A DNA stretch of 64,000 nt from Fuerstiella sp. (GTDB lineage: Bacteria; Planctomycetota; Planctomycetia; Planctomycetales; Planctomycetaceae), in assembly GCA_022447225.1 (NCBI GenBank), contig JAKVAZ010000018.1, positions 10,882 through 74,881 of the forward strand, read 5' to 3'. Positions 49,312 through 59,429 of the stretch are shown here, piece after piece (position 1 is the first letter of the stretch; each line of letters begins with the position of its first letter). Position numbers and translations under genes: made by a program. The notes beneath the pieces were generated by a model, which did not search any database, was not told where the DNA came from, and was given only the letters and a program-made list of their open reading frames with translations.

Positions 49312-50883
49312 TCACTCCGGATCCGGACAGACGCGGACAAGCTCTGAAAGCGTACTATTGCCGGCAACCACCTGTTGCCATCCCATCTGCCTCAGCGAAA
49401 GCATACCGTCACTGAGCGCCTGGCGACGCAGCTCCGCAGTGGACGTGTTTTGGTTGCAAAGAGTTCGAATTCGGTTGTTCATCACCAATAACTCAAATAC
49501 GGCCAGTCGTCCGTTATAACCGGTCTGATGACATTCACGACATCCTTTAGCTTCATAAATCACCTGATCCGAATTCAGGACAAGATCCGTCGGCAGGTTT
49601 GGTTGAGACGATGTGATCTGTTGTTTGCAGCTGCGGCATAAGCGACGAATCAGCCTTTGAGCCAGAACAGCTTCAACGGTGCTGGCAACCAGATAGGGTT
49701 CTACCCCCATATCAATCAGTCGGGTAAAAGCGGAGGCGGCGTCGTTTGTATGCAGTGTACTGAGTACCAGGTGACCGGTGAGTGATGCCTGAATGGCACT
49801 GCACGCTGTCTCCTCATCACGCACTTCTCCGATCAGTACAACATCAGGGTCATGACGCAGAATGCTGCGGAGTCCCTCAGAAAAATTAAGCCCCACCTGA
49901 TCGTGAACCTGAATCTGACTGACCCCGCGCAGATTGTATTCGACCGGGTCTTCCACAGTAATAATCTTTCTTTCCGGAGATCGTATTTCACACAGGGAGC
50001 TGTAAAGCGTGGTTGTTTTGCCGCTGCCGGTTGGACCCGTCACCAGAACCAGGCCGTTTGTCTTGCGAATGATGTGGTTCCACTGTTGTCTCAGATCGTC
50101 GGGAAAGTTGACAAAATCAAGGTCCAGCTGTGCCTGAGAGTTATCCAGCAGTCGCAGAACAACTCCTTCCCCGTGCAGCATGGGGATTACCGATGCACGC
50201 ACATCGATTTCCCGACCACTCACAGCCAGCTTGATTCGACCGTCCTGCGGACGCCGTTTCTCGGCAATGTTCAGTCGGGACATGATTTTCAGGCGACTAA
50301 CAATCGCCGCCCGAAACCGGTGGATCTGCTGCGGGACCGGCTGGAGACGCAGAATTCCGTCCACACGAAAACGTACATCCAGTCCATCTTCCTCCGGTTC
50401 GATGTGAACGTCACTGGCGCGCAGCTCTACCGCTTCGACCAGCAGTTCATTCACCAGTTTGACGACCGAAGAAGCCTGTGAAACATCGTCGATTTCATCT
50501 TCGGCGGCCGCCTGTAGAGCCTCCGCTTCATCCACGGACATGGCCACCAGTTCTTGTACGGTACCTCCCCCGACGCCCAGACACTTTTTCAGCCAACGTT
50601 CAATCTGGGCTTTATCTGCGACAACGGGATCCAGCAGCAGTCCTGAACAGACGGACAGTTCGTCCAGGAGGTCAAGATTCAGCGGATCTGAAACCGCCAC
50701 TGCGATTCGATCCTCGTCAGAACGCAGAGGCAGGACGTTTGTTCTAAACAAATCCTGACTGGGAAACCGTTTAATCAGCTCATGGTTGGGACGGAACGTT
50801 TCCAGATCCTCGTACGGCATTCCGTACTGTTCGGCCAGTTCCTGAGGTGTTGCCGGCACCGTTTCGTTTGGATGATCATTCAT
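49312..50883 (-). CDS. gspE: type II secretion ATPase GspE
   Basis: Walker A (VTGPTGSGKTT), Asp box, Walker B (VVLIGEVRD), His box (GHLVLSTLHTND), the tetracysteine motif CRSC...CRECHQTGYNGR, and a T2SSE_N-like N-terminus are all present. Confidence 0.93.
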   Translation of the reverse strand: MNDHPNETVPATPQELAEQYGMPYEDLETFRPNHELIKRFPSQDLFRTNVLPLRSDEDRIAVAVSDPLNLDLLDELSVCSGLLLDPVVADKAQIERWLKKCLGVGGGTVQELVAMSVDEAEALQAAAEDEIDDVSQASSVVKLVNELLVEAVELRASDVHIEPEEDGLDVRFRVDGILRLQPVPQQIHRFRAAIVSRLKIMSRLNIAEKRRPQDGRIKLAVSGREIDVRASVIPMLHGEGVVLRLLDNSQAQLDLDFVNFPDDLRQQWNHIIRKTNGLVLVTGPTGSGKTTTLYSSLCEIRSPERKIITVEDPVEYNLRGVSQIQVHDQVGLNFSEGLRSILRHDPDVVLIGEVRDEETACSAIQASLTGHLVLSTLHTNDAASAFTRLIDMGVEPYLVASTVEAVLAQRLIRRLCRSCKQQITSSQPNLPTDLVLNSDQVIYEAKGCRECHQTGYNGRLAVFELLVMNNRIRTLCNQNTSTAELRRQALSDGMLSLRQMGWQQVVAGNSTLSELVRVCPDPE

Positions 50884-50907
50884 ACTAACCCCGATCAGTG
50901 TTCATCG

Positions 50908-50932
50908 TTCGGTGCCCTGACAGGGCACCGAA
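50908..50932. repeat. perfect 12+1+12 palindrome TTCGGTGCCCTG-A-CAGGGCACCGAA (stem-loop) in the gspE leader
   Basis: Read directly. It lies 25-49 nt upstream of the gspE ATG (50883) in minus-strand sense. Confidence 0.9.
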
Positions 50933-51431
50933 CCTCTCCATACAGTACAGTGCGACTCGCTACCAATAGTTCACAGGACGGGATTTGCAGCAGAATCATT
51001 CCATCGCAGTTTCAGGATTAAGACCCGTACGACCATTCTTTACGATTTGGTTAGCCGTCACCACACTTACCTTGTTAGAACGCCAGGAGTTTCTGCAGGG
51101 AAGAAACTCTCCATTAATCGCACCGATCCTGCCGCGTTGTGCCGTCACGTTCCAGGTGCATAGCCGGATGCGGAACGAAAGTGACTCTTCTGCGACCGGG
51201 TTCAACGGTTGCATGTAAAACAGCGAACACGGCAGTCGGCCAGTGCCGTTGTCCGGTAGCATCAATTGTTACGCAGCAGTCACAGAGTGACGGTTAGATG
51301 CAGCCGTATCCGACCCGCAGAATGTCAGGCGGTGCGCAGAGTGACAGATCACGGATCAGGTACGGTAGGTGTGTGCCGTATGCAGATCCGGAGTCTGAAG
51401 ACGCATGACCGATCACGAACAGAACAGCAAC

Positions 51432-53840
51432 TCACGGGGAACGCGGCAGCTGACCGGGAAAGTGCCCGCGGTAGTTGCTGCGTTGCTGCCAGCTTTGTGG
51501 TGTCACCGGTACGTCGGGTGGATCGGATTGCCTGATTTGCGGGACACGGTAGCCGGCCGGCCGGATGTTTCCGGGATTCAACCGGCCGGAGGCTGACCAT
51601 GCCGCGGCATTCCGGACGTGTCCCACCGGGACTGGTGTCTGTACACTCGACCCTGCAAAAGTCGGTTCGACAGAAGCCGGGTTCTGAAAGACCCCGGATG
51701 ATGGATTCCGTTCTACGTATTGCGTTGCCGTGTAGGTCTGCCGTCCCGGCGGCAAACCCGGGTCAGTACGAGACTGCTGTGACGATAATTCCAGACGCCT
51801 TCGGTACTCTTCGGTGCCATAGACATTATCCGGGAACCCGTACGTAGACGGCGGCAGCCGAATGCGGGACAGCTCCTGCTGATGCAGACGTTCCTGCTGG
51901 TGCGCGTCCTGCACCCGCACCGGGGTCAGCAGAACCAGAAGTTCGGTTCTGCCGGTTTCGTGCAAATCGTATCGAAAGGCTCGTCCCACCACTGGAAGGT
52001 CTCCCAGCCACGGAACCTTGCGATTTACGGTCGTATTCTGTTCCGTAATCATACCGCCCAGCACGATCGTCTGACCCGATAATACACTGACGGTTGTGTC
52101 GGCAGTGGTAATGTCCTTCACCGGTGCTTCGATGACATTGCCGGTGGTTGCGTCTGTGAAGATGGGGACACCTGTGCCGGGTGTCAGATTGAACTGACTC
52201 TTTTCCGCGTTGACGTCAACAGTGATGCGGCCGTCCGGACTGATCCGAGGTACCACACGCATAATGATGCCTGCCTGTTCCTGACGAATCACAGGATTTG
52301 CACTTCCCACGGCTGTCACTGAAACCCCGTCCACCACCGGAACCTGTTGACCGATCTGAATCAACGCTTCGTGATTTTCCACGGTGCGGATCTGGGGACG
52401 ACTCAGAATGTTGATGTCGAAGTTGGCGTCCAGGGCACGCAGAAGAACGCTGACGGATTCCGAACCGGCCGAAAGAACCAAACCACCGAATCCCAGGTCT
52501 CCGTTTACCCGGCCGACTCCAAAACTGGACAGGCCCTGCTTTCCAACTTTTCCCGGATCGACAGAGGTATTGTTCCCAGTCGCCCGGTTGTTGAAATTAA
52601 AACCAGGGGCCGATGTTTGAGAGACAATCGTTTGGTTTGTTGACGCAAGTACCGCGGTGTTCTGTTCGGTTTCTGTGATGGTGACCAGATTGTCGATGAC
52701 ACTGCGGTTGAACAGAACCGAGTCCTGAAATCCCAGCTCGATACCAAATTCATGAACGTTACCCAGCTGAACCTCCACAAGAACGGCCTGTACCAGGACT
52801 TCTCGCGGTCCACGATCCAGTTTCTGGACCAAAGCTGATACGGCATCGATTTCTTCGGGGGTACCTCGAATCAGCAGGCTGTTCGTCGTTGGTTCTGCCA
52901 CCACCTGATTCACACTTGCAACTACAGAACTTGCTCTGCCTCGGCGCCCTGCTTCGTTCGTTTGCCCGGAGAGAAAATCGTTGATGGATTCTGCTACCTC
53001 TTCTGCGGACGCGTGGCTCAGCGGGTAAACCATCGATTCCACCAGACTGGCACCGATTCCCCGCTCCAGCAGCAGGTCACGCAGTCGACGGAGATAGACG
53101 CCCGTATCGGTCACAATGATGCGTCTTGACTCGGAAAGTGACTGAACCTTGCCAAGCGGACTCAGCAGTTCCGTAACTTCCTGAACAGCGACTGTTGGAT
53201 TTGCACTACGTACCGGAAAGGCCACCGACGCCACTTCGTTGCGACCAAGACTCCACAGATCCTGAATCGTGACGAACGGGACAAGATTGTCCGGAACCTG
53301 ATTCGTAGTATTAATAACAGTCAGGTTCTTTTCATTACGGACAATGATGAAGCCCTCGGTCAGCAGATGGTCGTTCAGGACGTCCAGGGCTTCGCGGGCT
53401 GTGTACAGATTGTCGTCGAAATACGTGAACACCGTGTCAGGCAACTGTACAAAGTTCACCGAATAGCCGAATTGCTTTGCCAGATTACGGATGACCAGCC
53501 GCCACGGAGCGTCCTGAAAATTAAAGGACCAGCTGCCCGGATCAGGGACAACCAATGCCGTCTTAGGTGCTGGTACCTCCTGCTGCAGACTAACCGGCTG
53601 TGAGAAAATTTCTTCGGTGACCGACAGCAAGTCGGAGTCCTGGTCCGGCTGTTCTGAGAGCCGAATCAGCGGTTCAGTGAAAAATTGCTCGGGAGCGGCA
53701 TCAGGACTGCTCATCCTTGCGACGCCTGAACGTTTCACTGCCGGTACATCCTCCACGGGGTCCTGAGCGAATGCCAGGCTCCATGTGGCCAGCAGGCACA
53801 GAACCACTGCGAGGAGTCTGGTGAGGAGCTGAGCGCACAC
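51432..53840 (-). CDS. gspD: type II secretion secretin GspD with a Pro/Gln/Arg-rich C-terminal tail
   Basis: Signal peptide MCAQLLTRLLAVVLCLLATWSLAFA, N0-like domain (FNFQDAPWRLVIRNLAKQFGYSV), repeated N-domains, and a secretin core (VPWLGDLPVVGRAFRY...ELLVLLTPVRV) are present. About 165 extra residues follow. Confidence 0.9.
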   Translation of the reverse strand: MCAQLLTRLLAVVLCLLATWSLAFAQDPVEDVPAVKRSGVARMSSPDAAPEQFFTEPLIRLSEQPDQDSDLLSVTEEIFSQPVSLQQEVPAPKTALVVPDPGSWSFNFQDAPWRLVIRNLAKQFGYSVNFVQLPDTVFTYFDDNLYTAREALDVLNDHLLTEGFIIVRNEKNLTVINTTNQVPDNLVPFVTIQDLWSLGRNEVASVAFPVRSANPTVAVQEVTELLSPLGKVQSLSESRRIIVTDTGVYLRRLRDLLLERGIGASLVESMVYPLSHASAEEVAESINDFLSGQTNEAGRRGRASSVVASVNQVVAEPTTNSLLIRGTPEEIDAVSALVQKLDRGPREVLVQAVLVEVQLGNVHEFGIELGFQDSVLFNRSVIDNLVTITETEQNTAVLASTNQTIVSQTSAPGFNFNNRATGNNTSVDPGKVGKQGLSSFGVGRVNGDLGFGGLVLSAGSESVSVLLRALDANFDINILSRPQIRTVENHEALIQIGQQVPVVDGVSVTAVGSANPVIRQEQAGIIMRVVPRISPDGRITVDVNAEKSQFNLTPGTGVPIFTDATTGNVIEAPVKDITTADTTVSVLSGQTIVLGGMITEQNTTVNRKVPWLGDLPVVGRAFRYDLHETGRTELLVLLTPVRVQDAHQQERLHQQELSRIRLPPSTYGFPDNVYGTEEYRRRLELSSQQSRTDPGLPPGRQTYTATQYVERNPSSGVFQNPASVEPTFAGSSVQTPVPVGHVRNAAAWSASGRLNPGNIRPAGYRVPQIRQSDPPDVPVTPQSWQQRSNYRGHFPGQLPRSP

Positions 53841-54185
53841 AGACAGCTCCTTTCACTTTCAATGCCTTAAAATCCTCATAGATTGACTCTTTTACTGAAT
53901 CGGCACAGTCCTCTCTGCACTTGACCATTTCAAATCTCAATTGTGGCGAACCAGCGGCCGGCCTGTGACCCGAGATCAATACGCGTCGGCGCTGCAGATT
54001 TCGACATGGGCAGAGCTGTGTCGGCAGTATCTGCCTCACACCGTCTGTGGATGAAACCAGCTTCGCGAAACCACAAATGAGCTTACCGATCCGGCAGTGG
54101 TCGGAGTCCATCGGAAAAACAGGCTTGTTGTTCGGACGCCTGCGAACACGTACTGCGATCCGTTGAACACGGTAAAGAAGAACAA

Positions 54186-54227
54186 TATGCCCGGCAGGAT
54201 TCGAACCTGCAAACATCGGCTCCGGAG
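54186..54227 (-). pseudogene. truncated tRNA-Arg-like 3' fragment (anticodon loop to acceptor end)
   Basis: By hand alignment, 36 of 42 positions are identical to the 3' part of the intact tRNA-Arg at 60368-60441. It includes the T-arm GCAGGTTCGAATCCTGC and an anticodon-loop-like CTCCGGA. No D-arm or 5' acceptor strand lies upstream. Confidence 0.7.
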
Positions 54228-54734
54228 AACTCAACAACACCTGCCCGTATACTCACAACACCTGGTTAACAACGTCGTCAGCAACGCTGGTCCAATAGTT
54301 TTCCTTAATTCCTTGTCGTATTCAGTGGGATGCGGGTCGGTGTTGCACAGGCTCCATTTGGAACCAAAGTGGAGAACGCTTGTCAGGCTATCCGTACTCC
54401 AATGCTCTCAGCCACGCTGAGCGTCTTCCCGGAATTTCTGCTCGTTTTATAAGCTTTCGAATTCGGATGATGGCCGCCGCGATCCGATGTCAACAGGTTC
54501 GGCAGGCTTAAGCAGAGCGGGCGTGACCAGGCTAAGCCAAACAGGTATTTTAATCATGCTGTTCCGCCGACTATCAAGGCGTAGATCGTAAGTGACAGCG
54601 ACATGGTATTAACGAAACACGGGCAGGATGTTTGTTAGAACCCTCGTCTTTATTCTGCAGCACGGACGACGAAGGTGCTTCAAAGTACAACTGCTGTTAA
54701 AATGTGATACGAGAATCCTGCAGGGAGAAAACTG

Positions 54735-56000
54735 ATGAATTCACAGATTAATCGCAGGCAGGTGTTGAAGGCCGGCTCCACTGTGTTGGCGCTGCCGTGG
54801 CTTGAAAGTCTGGCTGCCGCAGCGGATTCCGCGCCGCCTAAACGGATCGTCAATATCTGCACGAGCTTTGGACTTTATGGGCCGTCGTTCTTTCCGGAAC
54901 AGGCAGGCAGGGATTACACGACGAGCGAATATCTTGAAGTGCTTGGCGATCTGCGCAGGGATTTTACTGTGTTCTCCGGTATCTCCCATCCGGACATCGG
55001 CGGTGACCACGCTTCGGAGTCGTGTTTTCTGACCAGTGCCAAACGTCCGACTCGGCCTGGTTTTCGTAATACGATATCTATGGATGTCTTCGCGGCCAAA
55101 CTCGGAGGCGGAGCGACTCGTTTTCCATTCATGTCGTTGGGGACTATCAATGGAAGCCCGCTTTCTTATACCGAAACAGGCGCGGGCATTCCGGCCTGGG
55201 ACAGACCTTCGATGGTCTTCGCCAGGATGTTTGTTGCGGGCAGCAAAGCTCAGATTGCCAGCGAACTCGATCGCATTCGCCGCGGGCGTAGTATCCTTGA
55301 TCGCATGAAGGACCGGCTCACCCGGTTGAGCCGGTCGGTGAGTCATCTTGATCAACAGCAAATCGCTGACTACGCCGAAGCGGTTCGCGGGCTTGAAAAA
55401 CAACTTGTCGCCGAAGAGAAGTGGATTCATCGTCCCAGGCCGCAAGTGAACGAACCGCATCCGAATGAGAATTATCCAAGCCCGTTCGCCGATCGCAGCA
55501 ACAGCATCGGCCGTGCGCGAGTGATGATGAATCTGATGAAGCTGGCTGTACAGACGGATATGACCCGCGTCGTGAGCCTGTTCATTCGAGGCATGGATGA
55601 GAAGCCGCCGATTCCAGGTGTTTCCGAAGGCCACCACGGGCTCAGTCATCACGGTCGTAATCCCGAGAAAATCAAACAGCTCAAGGTCATCGAAAAGCTG
55701 AAAATGGAAGCGTTCCGCGATTTTCTCATTTCGCTTCGCGATACGAAGGAAGCGGGCCGAAGTTTACTCGATTCGACGCAGGTTCTGATCGGCAGCAATC
55801 TGGGCGACGCGAGCGGCCACGGAACGACAAATCTGCCGATCCTGCTTGCCGGCGGCGGGTGGAAACACGGCGGGCATATTGCGGGTGATGTGAAAAACAA
55901 CACGCCGCTGTGCAGGTTGTTCGTCAGTATGCTGCAGAAGTTCGGTGCTCAGACGGACAAATTTGGTTCGGGTGTCGGAACGATCAACGGGCTGAGTTAG
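54735..56000 (+). CDS. DUF1552 family protein with twin-arginine signal
   Basis: MNSQINRRQVLKAGSTVLALPWLESLA is the stereotyped DUF1552 N-terminus, and HHGLSHHG is present. The gene is paired with the DUF1592-type gene as usual in Planctomycetota and Verrucomicrobia. Confidence 0.85.
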   Translation: MNSQINRRQVLKAGSTVLALPWLESLAAAADSAPPKRIVNICTSFGLYGPSFFPEQAGRDYTTSEYLEVLGDLRRDFTVFSGISHPDIGGDHASESCFLTSAKRPTRPGFRNTISMDVFAAKLGGGATRFPFMSLGTINGSPLSYTETGAGIPAWDRPSMVFARMFVAGSKAQIASELDRIRRGRSILDRMKDRLTRLSRSVSHLDQQQIADYAEAVRGLEKQLVAEEKWIHRPRPQVNEPHPNENYPSPFADRSNSIGRARVMMNLMKLAVQTDMTRVVSLFIRGMDEKPPIPGVSEGHHGLSHHGRNPEKIKQLKVIEKLKMEAFRDFLISLRDTKEAGRSLLDSTQVLIGSNLGDASGHGTTNLPILLAGGGWKHGGHIAGDVKNNTPLCRLFVSMLQKFGAQTDKFGSGVGTINGLS

Positions 56001-56034
56001 CCATTTCGTTTACTTGCAAGACACTAAGGCCGCC

Positions 56035-58446
56035 ATGCGACAGTTATTGCTTTCCTTATTCGTCCTTTATCTGATCTGTGGGTCCACCCGCGGCGACGAT
56101 GCTGCAAACATTTTCGAGCAGCGCGTATTGCCAATTCTGAAGACTTACTGCACGGAGTGTCACAGCGGGACGCAGCCGAAAGCGAATCTCAATCTCTCCG
56201 GCGCTGCGGATCTGAATGAGCTCCACACCCACTACCACCGCTGGTTCAACGTGCTGGAGCGTGTCGAGTCGGGTTCGATGCCGCCCGTAGATGCTGATCC
56301 GCTGAAGCAGTCCGACAAACAGGCTCTTTTGAAATGGATTCGCGGTGATCTGACACGGCTGCTCGTCGCCGGGCAACGCAGGGAAGGCCGCAGCAGGTTC
56401 CGCCGTCTTTCACGCAACGAGTACGCCAACACTGTGCAGGATATTTTCGGGATTCGTCCGCCAGTCGTGCGCATCCTTCCCGCCGACGGGAGAGTGGATG
56501 GGTATGACAAAGTGAGCAAGGCACTGCCCTTCTCGCCGGCGGCCATCAAAGGCCAACTGCAACTGGCGGAAGCCACTATCGAACGTCTTTTCGAGCTTCC
56601 GCGCGACAGGCATGCGATCCGCCTCTGGGCCGACACGAGTTGGCAATCGCCGGGCCACTTGCTGGAGTTGCCCAACAACTGGGTTGTTTCGTTCAACACC
56701 GATACTCATTCCGGAAACCTGAGACGAGCCAAACCCGACGGCAGTCCTGGCGGCGGCGGTGTCCACACACGCAAACCTGGTTGGCATCGGCTGCAGATTC
56801 ATGCCTACGGATACCAGACCGACAAGCCGTTGCCCGTGGGGATTTACGCTGGCCACACCACGGCGTACCCGCAGATTCTCAAGTTGCTCAAAGTGATCGA
56901 CATCCCGCCAGGCAAGCCTTCAGTCACAGAAACGGACCTTTATCTGGGCACCGGGCGCGACAGCGACATCGGTCAGGCAAGCCTGCGGCTCATTCCTTTG
57001 GGGCTGGGAGTTCCTGTACCGAAGAACACACTGGCTTCGGAAAAAGGAACGGGCTCCGGCCTCGCGCTGCAGTGGGTCGATGTGGTCGAATTGGAAGAAA
57101 CGTTGGCTGGCCAGGATTTGCTGTTCGGAAAAATGCCGGAAGACCGGCAAGACGTGTTTCGTTTGCGAAAGACGTTGAAGACATCGAAGTTACCGCGTGA
57201 AGAGGTCGAAGCGATGATTCGCAGGATGTTCGCGCGGATCGGCGGCCGACTTTTTCGCCGTGATTTGAGTAACGAAGAACTCAACAGCTACGTTGGCAGT
57301 TTCATGAAAGCGGCTGACGACGGGGCGCCGTTGAGAGATGTGTTGATCACCCAGGTTTCCGCTCTCATGACCGCACCGGATTTCCTTTGCGTGATGGAAG
57401 AAGCCGGCCGGTTGAACGATTTTGCTTTGGCCTCGCGTCTTTCATATTTCCTTTGGAACTCAACTCCGGATGCGGAACTCCTTGCGGTGGCGCGGCAGGG
57501 CAAACTGAACGATCCCAACGTGCTCCGCAGCCAGACCGAGCGTTTGTTGAAAGACCCAAAGTCCGATCGATTTGTGGAAAGCTTCCTCGATCAATGGCTG
57601 GGCCTGTGGGGAATCGACAACACCACCCCGGACAAAGATCTGTATCCGGAGTACGACGACGAACTGAAAATTTCCAGCATGCTGGAAACGCAGGCCAGCT
57701 TCCGCCGGATGCTCGATGAAGACCGCAGCGTGCGAGATTTCGTCGCACCAGACTGGGCCATGGTCAACACGAGACTGGCGGAAGTCTACGGCATTCCTGA
57801 CATCCACGGTTTTCGCATTCGTTCAGCAAAGCTGCCGGCGCATTCACCGTACGGTGGCATCTGGACGCAGGCAGCGACGATGAAGGTGACTGCCAATGGC
57901 ACGTTGACGTCGCCAGTCAAACGCGGCGTCTGGCTGTCGGATCGATTGCTCGGTATCTCCATTCCACCGCCACCGCCAACTGTCGAACCGGCCGATCCCG
58001 ACACGCGCGGCGCGCGGACACTCCGCGAGCAGTTGGAACTCCACCGTCAGGATTCAAGCTGCAAAGCCTGCCATGCAAGATTCGACCCTTACGGATTCGC
58101 TCTGGAGAGCTTCGACGTGATGGGCAACTACCGTAAACACTATCGCATCATTGATGACGGAAAAGGCATCGACGGTTTGCCGGTCGATTGCACGGGTACA
58201 ACGCCGGATGGAAAAGACTTCGCCGACGTGCGCGAACTGCGAGCGATACTGGCCAGGAATCCGGAACAACTTGCGCGAGGAGTTGTTCGCCATCTGCTGA
58301 CCTACGCCACCGGCGAACCAGCAACGCCGATCGACCGGCCGGCGATCGAGGCGATCGTGCGAAGTGCAGCAAAGGAGCAACCACGATTCGGGCTGCGTTC
58401 GCTCATTCACAGCGTCGTGCAAAGCGATGTATTCCGATGGAAATAG
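56035..58446 (+). CDS. PSCyt/DUF1587/DUF1592/DUF1595/DUF1588/DUF1585-type multidomain protein
   Basis: A signal peptide is followed by the planctomycete cytochrome-c-like motif ILKTYCTECHSG, SRLSYFLWNSTPD, a C-terminal CKACHARFDPYGF, and LLTYATG. ATG at 56035 is preferred over TTG at 56014. Confidence 0.85.
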   Translation: MRQLLLSLFVLYLICGSTRGDDAANIFEQRVLPILKTYCTECHSGTQPKANLNLSGAADLNELHTHYHRWFNVLERVESGSMPPVDADPLKQSDKQALLKWIRGDLTRLLVAGQRREGRSRFRRLSRNEYANTVQDIFGIRPPVVRILPADGRVDGYDKVSKALPFSPAAIKGQLQLAEATIERLFELPRDRHAIRLWADTSWQSPGHLLELPNNWVVSFNTDTHSGNLRRAKPDGSPGGGGVHTRKPGWHRLQIHAYGYQTDKPLPVGIYAGHTTAYPQILKLLKVIDIPPGKPSVTETDLYLGTGRDSDIGQASLRLIPLGLGVPVPKNTLASEKGTGSGLALQWVDVVELEETLAGQDLLFGKMPEDRQDVFRLRKTLKTSKLPREEVEAMIRRMFARIGGRLFRRDLSNEELNSYVGSFMKAADDGAPLRDVLITQVSALMTAPDFLCVMEEAGRLNDFALASRLSYFLWNSTPDAELLAVARQGKLNDPNVLRSQTERLLKDPKSDRFVESFLDQWLGLWGIDNTTPDKDLYPEYDDELKISSMLETQASFRRMLDEDRSVRDFVAPDWAMVNTRLAEVYGIPDIHGFRIRSAKLPAHSPYGGIWTQAATMKVTANGTLTSPVKRGVWLSDRLLGISIPPPPPTVEPADPDTRGARTLREQLELHRQDSSCKACHARFDPYGFALESFDVMGNYRKHYRIIDDGKGIDGLPVDCTGTTPDGKDFADVRELRAILARNPEQLARGVVRHLLTYATGEPATPIDRPAIEAIVRSAAKEQPRFGLRSLIHSVVQSDVFRWK

Positions 58447-59382
58447 ACTAGATGAAAGACGTGGTTCAGGTGTCCTTAGCGTTAACCGCCTTCGCATCCG
58501 GCTCATCTGTTAACTCGCCAAACAACTGCGTCAGCCTGTCGACCGGCTTTGGTGAAGCTTCGACCCTGGCGCGGCGACGGTCAGTCGTGTTTCCTAACCG
58601 CTCGGTTTGTGCCCATGCGGTGACGGCAGAAATTCCGGTCTGCCGTGGGCGAACTGAGCACGACTTTCGACCGCTCGGCGCTTAGCCCTGGAGGCACACC
58701 CGCGAAAAGTGGTTGTATTCACGCACGAGATCGTCTTTCTTGTGTCTCTGATGAACGAAGCGGACAAGCTCACTATTGACCTTAAGAATCAATACCTGCA
58801 TAGAGACCGAACAGGTGCCGGGATTGTTGCAAAGCAACTTCCTCGGCCTGCCATGAGAGCCAAGAAGCGAATTGGCCATTTGAAAGACCGGTTTCAACAA
58901 GCGGAGAAACAGCACAGAACGGGTAATTGAAGAGGTGCTGCCTGGCGGAATTGTTGAACGATACAGGACTTCCGTGCAAACGCAGCGAGTTGGTTTACTT
59001 ACCGATGTCATGAGCACCGACGGCGTAGTCTTCGAAGCAGGGATGACGAAATGCTTCCGGCGGCTTCCTGGGCCTGACCAGGAAGCCACTGAGAACAGTC
59101 CCTTTCCCGAACCAACGGAGCTTCAGGGAGACATTAAGGCGTTGCTGGATGGGGTGACGGAACCGGAAACGCCGGAGCTGGACTTACCGATCGAGACTGC
59201 CTGTCTTCGGTTTTCTGAGCACTGCGCAGGTCTACGTTGACCGCAGAGTCCCGGACCGCACGGAAGAGGTGTTCTCCACACTGGCGAACGCAGCCCAGGA
59301 AAAGGAAGAAATGAAGAACAAATTCGAGAACCCGTTCTCCAATTCTCAGATGGAAACGACCTAAGTCGTTTCACTGCAAGGG

Positions 59383-59429
59383 ATCCCCGGCAGGATTCGA
59401 ACCTGCAACCTTCGGCTCAGGAGGCCGAC
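59383..59429 (-). pseudogene. truncated tRNA-Arg(CCT)-like 3' fragment (position 26 to acceptor end)
   Basis: By hand alignment, 43 of 48 positions are identical to the intact tRNA-Arg. The anticodon arm TCGGC-CTCCTGA-GCCGA, the T-arm and the CGGGGAT acceptor strand are intact. The upstream sequence (GGATTTTTTTCGGTCGTG) cannot form a D-arm or a 5' acceptor strand. Confidence 0.75.

Noticed and set aside
53701-54240. 179-aa minus-strand ORF spanning the secretin start and the tRNA-like fragment
   Set aside because: It overlaps the secretin signal-peptide region out of frame and runs through the tRNA fragment. It shows no protein-like features.
54741-55652. 303-aa minus-strand ORF
   Set aside because: It is antisense to the DUF1552 gene, whose stereotyped N-terminus is unmistakable. 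No motif was seen in the antisense product.
54735-58446. Compositional anomaly of the DUF1552/DUF1592 pair as evidence for horizontal transfer
   Set aside because: Hand counts of 120-nt samples gave 57-58% GC here. The rho sample gave 52.5% and a gspF sample gave 57%, so the difference is within local variation. A proper k-mer or GC3 analysis is needed.
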